Below, one piece after another: positions 59,049 through 64,000 of a DNA stretch of 64,000 bases. The notes under the pieces were generated by a model. It did not search any database and was not told where the DNA came from. It was given only the letters and a program-made list of their open reading frames with translations. Within the stretch, counting starts at the first letter, position 1; every line of letters starts with the position of its first letter. Made by a program: the position numbers and the translations under genes. Location of the stretch: NCBI GenBank assembly GCA_965220105.1, contig OZ244811.1:1465046-1529045 (forward strand), in the 5' to 3' direction. This DNA comes from Dehalococcoidia bacterium (lineage in GTDB: Bacteria > Chloroflexota > Dehalococcoidia > Lucifugimonadales > UBA3495).

Positions 59049-59396
59049 GCATAGGAAGGACTCGACGCTGAGTCAGGTATTCTGGGCCATTTGCCCCTTT
59101 TTGCACTTATCTGACCGCAGTAGCCGATACGTCTTCCTGCGCCATTCATCGATATCCTTACCCAGGATAAAGCCCGTGGACAAATAGCGCAGACACCATG
59201 CCAGAGCAATGCGCCACAGGCTGGATTGCACACGACAATCATCATTGCCACGCTTTCACCACCAAAACGGCGTTGCAGCCGCGCTCAGTGCTTCCATCTC
59301 CGGCGTGTATAGGCGCGCCGGGCCGCCTAAGGCTGGTCGGCAAAGCGAAACGCCCGGGAAAAGTTTCCCGGGCGCGTGAAATGCCAGCCGGTTCCC

Positions 59397-60767
59397 CTAA
59401 ACCCGTATCACCCCCACCACATCCCCGTTCGCTTCCTCGATGGCAATCTCAGTGCCGAAGGGGCGGGAAACGTCCTGCAGCCACTGCAGGGTTTGGCGGG
59501 CGATGGGTTCTTCCGCCAGCACGGGGCGGCCTCGCTGGGGAATGGGACGGCCAAAGCCCATGTCGATGGGGTACAGGATAACCTCTCTCAGGTCGCCGCC
59601 GGCGTAGTTGCATACCGCCACCACGCTCTGCCAGAACACCGGGTCGGCGGCAAAGGCGCGGGTGCCGCCGCCGGAGCGGGTGTCCAGATAATCGCCGGGG
59701 GTGCTGTTGAAGTCCAGCCCGAAACGGCGGTAGGCCTCGTGGGGTAGCCACAGGACGCTTTCATTCTGGAAGATGAAGTTGCCCAGGCTGTAGAAAATGG
59801 GCCGATTCTTGTAAATCTCGATGCCCCGCAGGAAATGGGGGCCGTGACCTACGAAGGCGGCGCAGCCCTGGTCGATGGTCCAGCGGGCAAAGTCCACCAG
59901 GAAGTGGGGCGGCGACTGGCGGGAATGGCCGTGGAAGTCGCCCTCGGACCCGCTCTCGTGGCAGTGGACCCCATAGACCTGCCAGTCGGACTGCGTCTGC
60001 GCGCCCCGGATCCAGTTGCCGATGCCCAGCCGGTCATCCTCGTTCAGAGCGGTGCGGACGGCGAACTGTTCGTCCAAGATGAACTTGTGGTCCAGGAAAT
60101 CTATTTCGGAGCCGTGGTCCGTCGCATCATCGTCGCCCCGGAAGCCGAAGTGGCGATAGAAGGCGTGCTCCTCCTCGTACCCCAGCTCCAGGTTGGCCCG
60201 TTGCAGCGCGTCGAACACGTCCTGCTGCACGTGGTGGGTGATGTCGTGGCGCAGGGCGTTGACCCCCGGGCGACCGGCGAAATCGGGGCGGCCGGCGCCG
60301 GCCCGGGACTGCTCGCTGAAGGTGCTGGTGGCGCCCATCACTGCCACCCGGCCCCGGGCCGAGTCGACGTAAGTGGGAGAACGGGCCTCGTCCAGGTTGC
60401 GGCCGCCGCCGGCGTAAGCCAGGTCGATCTCCCGGCAGTGCTCCAGGGTAGTCAGGAAACCGCCCTCGGAAAAGTCGAAGGAGTGGTTGTTGGCGGCGGT
60501 CACGGCGTCGATGCCCATCCACTTCAGCTCATCCAGGTTGCGGGGGTCGGACCGGGTATAAGTGGCGCTGCTCCACTGCCAACTGCTCTCGTAGTCGTGG
60601 AACAACATCTCCAGGTTGACCAGGGACACGTCAGCTCCCCGAAGAACGTCCACCAGCTTGAGGAAACGGGGCTCCTGGAAGGCCTTCATCCGGCGGGTAA
60701 TCATGGCGTCGCCGCCTACGGCGATGGAAATATCGCGGCGCTCGGCGTCGTAAATCGTTGTGGTCAT
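59397..60767 (-). CDS. CapA-family metallophosphoesterase
   Basis: GDAMI, NLE, ANNHSFDF, GHGPHF and YSLGNF motifs. Confidence 0.88.
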   Translation of the reverse strand: MTTTIYDAERRDISIAVGGDAMITRRMKAFQEPRFLKLVDVLRGADVSLVNLEMLFHDYESSWQWSSATYTRSDPRNLDELKWMGIDAVTAANNHSFDFSEGGFLTTLEHCREIDLAYAGGGRNLDEARSPTYVDSARGRVAVMGATSTFSEQSRAGAGRPDFAGRPGVNALRHDITHHVQQDVFDALQRANLELGYEEEHAFYRHFGFRGDDDATDHGSEIDFLDHKFILDEQFAVRTALNEDDRLGIGNWIRGAQTQSDWQVYGVHCHESGSEGDFHGHSRQSPPHFLVDFARWTIDQGCAAFVGHGPHFLRGIEIYKNRPIFYSLGNFIFQNESVLWLPHEAYRRFGLDFNSTPGDYLDTRSGGGTRAFAADPVFWQSVVAVCNYAGGDLREVILYPIDMGFGRPIPQRGRPVLAEEPIARQTLQWLQDVSRPFGTEIAIEEANGDVVGVIRV

Positions 60768-61092
60768 GTCGCCTCCCTGTGGCATTGGGACAAGGGTGGG
60801 TCAAGTGCGGCCATTTTAGCAAATATGCAGTGGTGGATGATTGGCAGCCCGTGACCCGGGCAGAGCAGCCGCGTCTTATCCGAGGAGGACTTTGAGGCGA
60901 TGCCGTTCGGTTCTGGAGGATAATCCGCCACCTCGGATTCGCACCTGCTACCTCCCCCAGAAGTTTTCCTCTTTCCGGCCCCGGCGAGGTATATGACTGC
61001 TGGGTATATAAAAGGACCTGTTATCTTTTCTCGTTGCGTGATGAACACAGTGTTAGAATTACAGCCTATCCGGTTTTCAGAGGTTTGGCAGC

Positions 61093-61695
61093 ATGCATCC
61101 CAGCAAGTTCGGGGACACTTACGAGATGGCGAAGTTGTGCATGTTGGGCTGGCTCGCCCCCGATGAAGAATGGCTTATCCATCCCATGTACTTCCCCGCA
61201 AAAAGCGAAGCTCCAGATGAAACCTTCCCATGTTGGTACGCCGACTTTCTAGGGGTTCGCCTCGTGCGTGGGAACATTAAGCAGAGGCCGAAGCTCGTGG
61301 ATGCGGTTGCCGCAAACCCAGGTCGTCTCTTCCTCGACCCGGACACCGGCTTGCGACTGAACAAAGCGAAGCTGCGACAGTTCGTGAACGTCGAAGAGTT
61401 CATTGCAATTGCCCATTCCCCTGCCCGTGAACGAAAGCTCGTGCTGGTTTATGATCAAAGCATCAACTTTAACCACGGGGAGGCAGGAACTCCCAGACAG
61501 CAGGTTAGGAGGAAATTGTGCCGCGTGCATGATGCTAACGTCCACGCTGTTGCTTACGTTTCCCATATTGCTTTCATCTGGGCTTCCACAGAACCCGAAA
61601 TTGTGAGTGCCGCCACTCGACGGTTCTTGTTGGGGTCTCGTCTCCCGCTCTGGCGTCTCGTCGATGACGGGTGCGCCCATATACCACAGGCGTGA
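61093..61695 (+). CDS. Hypothetical protein (N-terminal FGDxY..K, central FLDPDTG, VYDQS motifs)
   Basis: 200-aa ORF with natural composition in a more AT-rich patch; no confident family. Confidence 0.65.
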   Translation: MHPSKFGDTYEMAKLCMLGWLAPDEEWLIHPMYFPAKSEAPDETFPCWYADFLGVRLVRGNIKQRPKLVDAVAANPGRLFLDPDTGLRLNKAKLRQFVNVEEFIAIAHSPARERKLVLVYDQSINFNHGEAGTPRQQVRRKLCRVHDANVHAVAYVSHIAFIWASTEPEIVSAATRRFLLGSRLPLWRLVDDGCAHIPQA

Positions 61696-61787
61696 GCAGT
61701 TAGGTGTCGAGTACCCATCCTCTTGCCACCAAATCATCCCCCCGAACCGAACTACACCTTTGAGGCCGTGTACATTCCACCATCCTC

Positions 61788-61896
61788 GGCCGATGCTACA
61801 ATAGTCCTCAAAGACCGACCCTGGTGAACAATCGAATTCCGGGCCGTCACTACCGCTCGGCGGTTACCGGGTGTTGGACCTGGCCGGAGCCATGGG
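61788..61896 (+). repeat. Duplicated promoter plus first codons of the CoA-transferase gene
   Basis: 109-110 bp direct repeat of 62621-62730 (roughly 88% identical); the ATG is lost (AAAGACC vs AAATGACC). Confidence 0.92.
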
Positions 61897-61942
61897 GCTT
61901 ACTATAGGGTGATCGGCAGTTACAGCACCGAGGGCAAAAATC

Positions 61943-62302
61943 ATGACGACCAAGATGGACTATCAAGCAGGCAGCAGAAGCATGATGACGCAGAGCCGCA
62001 TTGAGTTGGCCCAGGGCGATCTGCAACAGGCATCTGAGAAAGGTTGGGGCGCTGCCGCCCAGATGATGAAGGCGGTGGCCAATACGCGCGGCTGGGAACA
62101 TGGCCGACACCGGCACCTCCACCAGATCGCCAGTCGCCTCCGGGCTGAGAGGGGCGACCGAGACATTTACCGCCTGTTCGACACCGCGGGCGCCCTGCAC
62201 GAGAACTTCTACGAAAACCAGATGGCGGCTCAGGACATCTACGAGGCGCTGGACGACGTGGAACGCCTGCTGGACAAACTGGAAGCGATACTGTCGGGAT
62301 AA
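61943..62302 (+). CDS. PaREP1 family (HEPN-like) protein
   Basis: GDLQQASEKGWGAAAQMMKA...RGWEH...ALHENFYE pattern. Confidence 0.8.
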   Translation: MTTKMDYQAGSRSMMTQSRIELAQGDLQQASEKGWGAAAQMMKAVANTRGWEHGRHRHLHQIASRLRAERGDRDIYRLFDTAGALHENFYENQMAAQDIYEALDDVERLLDKLEAILSG

Positions 62303-62347
62303 TGGACCAGACACATGGCTATCTGTCAAGCAGATGTAACCTCTCAC

Positions 62348-62442
62348 CAGGGCCTTTTCAAAGTAATTGACCCCATCAAACTCCGCTCATGGTTGGACAC
62401 TCTCACCATCAGCGGACGTCCAGCGACCTTGAAAAGGCCCTG
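62348..62442. mobile_element. Shell-2 MITE-like element inserted into the left end of a shell-1 element
   Basis: TIR CAGGGCCTTTTCAAAGT / ACCTTGAAAAGGCCCTG (16/17); perfect 9-bp TSD ACCTCTCAC (62339-62347 / 62443-62451); decayed cargo-b core. Confidence 0.9.
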
Positions 62443-62446
62443 ACCT

Positions 62447-62583
62447 CTCACGCGTACCCAGTTTGTCATCGCGAGGAACGAAGCGACGTGGGGATCTCCG
62501 TGAGCGAGCGATAACGTCACCGACAACGAGATTGCCGCGCTTCGCTCGCAATGACGGTTTGATGCAAAGTGGTTACGCGTGAG
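62447..62583. mobile_element. Shell-1 composite element (original left end at 62343)
   Basis: CTCACGCGTACCCAGTT...AAAGTGGTTACGCGTGAG; reconstructed flanks GATGTAACCT (62333-62342) and GGTGGAACCT (62584-62593), 8/10. Confidence 0.85.
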
Positions 62584-62626
62584 GGTGGAACCTGAGGACA
62601 CAGCGTAATCTACCGCCGGTGGCCGA

Positions 62627-62635
62627 TGCTACAAT
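62627..62635 (+). promoter_or_regulatory. Extended -10 promoter (TG-C-TACAAT); CoA-transferase mRNA probably (near-)leaderless
   Basis: TACAAT ends 9 bp before ATG 62645; no SD in between. Confidence 0.6.
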
Positions 62636-62644
62636 GCTCCCCAA

Positions 62645-63874
62645 ATGACCGTCCCAGGCGAACAATTGAATTCCGGGCCGTCACTACCGCTCAGCGGTTA
62701 CCGGGTGTTGGACCTCGCCGGCCCGATGGGCGTCTACTGCGGCAAGCTGATGGCCGACATGGGCGCCGACGTTATCAAGGTCGAGCCGCCGGGCGGCGAT
62801 CCCATGCGGGGCATTGGTCCCTTCATCGACGGCCAACCCGGCCCCGGCCGCAGTTTGCATTGGCTCCACTTCAACACCAACAAGCGCAGCGTGACCCTGG
62901 ATATACGCTCATCCGAAGGGGCGGCGCTACTGCACAAGCTTGCCCTCGCCTCCGACGTGCTGCTGGAGACCGGCCCGCCCGGGTACATGGACTCTCTGGG
63001 TTTGGGATACGAGAGCCTGGCGGCGGACGTGCCCGGACTGGTGTATTCGTCCATCACGCCCTTCGGGCAGACCGGCCCCTATCGGGATTTCAAGGCGTCC
63101 GACCTGGTAGGGTTTGCCATGGGCGGGTACATGTACGTCACGGGCTGGCCCCATACCCCGCCCACCCGATTGTGGGGGTCTCGGGCCTACCACACCGCCT
63201 CGAACCGCGCTTACATCGCCATACTGCTGGCCTTGTACCATCGCACGATGACCGGGGAAGGACAGTACATCGACGTTTCTATGCAGGAGGCAGTGGCCGC
63301 CACCACCGAGCACGTCAACACAACCTACAACTATACCGGCGAGTCGGCGGTGCGCTGCGGGTTCCGCCACGGCGGCCAGTTCGTCGCCACCTGGCAGTGC
63401 AGGGACGGCTACGCCAGTATCACCACCAACACCCGGCAGGCGTGGGACGACCTGCGGGCCTGGATGGATCGGGACGGCATGGCCGGCGACCTGATGGACG
63501 AACAATACAACGACCACTTCATCCTGCGGGGCGAGCATTCGGGCCATATTGAGGGCCTTATCCAGCAGTGGGCCCTGCTTCACACCAGGCAGGAGATAAC
63601 CGAGTTCGGCCAGTCCAACCACCATCCGTGGGGTCCCGCGGCCACCCCCGATGAAATCCTGGATAACGAGCAACTATGGAGCCGGGGATACCTGACAACA
63701 GTAGAGTCTTCGGACGGCGGCCCGTCCCTGGTATACCCAGGCGACCCGTACCGCCTCACCGAGTCCCCACGCCAGACACGCCGCACGTCTCCCGCCCCCG
63801 GCGAACATAACGCGGAGGTCCTTTCCGGCATCCTGGGTCTCTCGCCGGAAGAGCTGGAACGCCTTTCCGCCTGA
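62645..63874 (+). CDS. Class III CoA-transferase (CaiB/BaiF family)
   Basis: RVLDLAG...CGKLMADMGADVIKVEPPGGD, FNTNKRSVTLD, YSSITPFGQTGPY, PAPGEHN. Confidence 0.93.
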   Translation: MTVPGEQLNSGPSLPLSGYRVLDLAGPMGVYCGKLMADMGADVIKVEPPGGDPMRGIGPFIDGQPGPGRSLHWLHFNTNKRSVTLDIRSSEGAALLHKLALASDVLLETGPPGYMDSLGLGYESLAADVPGLVYSSITPFGQTGPYRDFKASDLVGFAMGGYMYVTGWPHTPPTRLWGSRAYHTASNRAYIAILLALYHRTMTGEGQYIDVSMQEAVAATTEHVNTTYNYTGESAVRCGFRHGGQFVATWQCRDGYASITTNTRQAWDDLRAWMDRDGMAGDLMDEQYNDHFILRGEHSGHIEGLIQQWALLHTRQEITEFGQSNHHPWGPAATPDEILDNEQLWSRGYLTTVESSDGGPSLVYPGDPYRLTESPRQTRRTSPAPGEHNAEVLSGILGLSPEELERLSA

Positions 63875-63880
63875 GGTTGA

Positions 63881-64000
63881 ATGGACTTGCGCAGTGATTC
63901 GAATCACACCGCTCTCGCCCTCCAGGGCATCCGAGTGCTGGACTTCACCTGGATTCACGCCGGCCCTTCGGCCACGCGGATTCTCTCCGACCAGGGCGCG
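63881..64000 (+). CDS. Second class III CoA-transferase (5' part, runs off the window)
   Basis: [40 protein letters not shown]. Confidence 0.85.
   Translation, partial: MDLRSDSNHTALALQGIRVLDFTWIHAGPSATRILSDQGA

Noticed and set aside
59045-59251. Small Cys-rich ORF on the minus strand
   Set aside because: No RBS or family motif recognised; cannot be distinguished from a chance ORF.
59397-60767. Poly-gamma-glutamate capsule locus
   Set aside because: Only a CapA-family gene is present; no capB or capC.
1-64000. tRNA or rRNA genes
   Set aside because: GTTCGA-type hits (about 9698, 34167, 54947) lie in coding or repeat DNA with no cloverleaf context.

Overview
High-GC bacterial chromosome segment. 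Gene content (three luciferase-like monooxygenases, paired amidohydrolases, CoA-transferases, four family-5 ABC solute-binding lipoproteins) points to a SAR202-like Dehalococcoidia (Chloroflexota); this taxonomy is inference, not proven. About 45 intact CDS fall into three groups: housekeeping-type genes (1-14.7 kb), an organic-compound catabolism and uptake region (17.5-52.6 kb), and mixed singletons (53-64 kb). Mobile DNA: a stacked IS701 + IS5 pair (both disrupted), an apparently intact IS630 with an adjacent 120-bp mini-element, and decayed IS5, IS1182 and tyrosine-recombinase fragments. The most striking unexplained structure is a set of about 12 small (95-175 bp) intergenic palindromic elements built like Russian dolls. 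Two outer shells have terminal inverted repeats: shell 1 (CTCACGCGTACCCACTTT) with 10-bp target-site duplications and shell 2 (CAGGGCCTTTTCAAAG) with 9-bp duplications. They carry interchangeable REP-like palindromic cargo modules, occur with the core in either orientation, and in one case nest inside each other. No matching transposase is in the window. Two enzymes have unusual active sites: a single-Cys maleate-isomerase/arylmalonate-decarboxylase homologue and an ICL/PEP-mutase homologue lacking the KxCGH loop. I found no rRNA, tRNA or CRISPR array.
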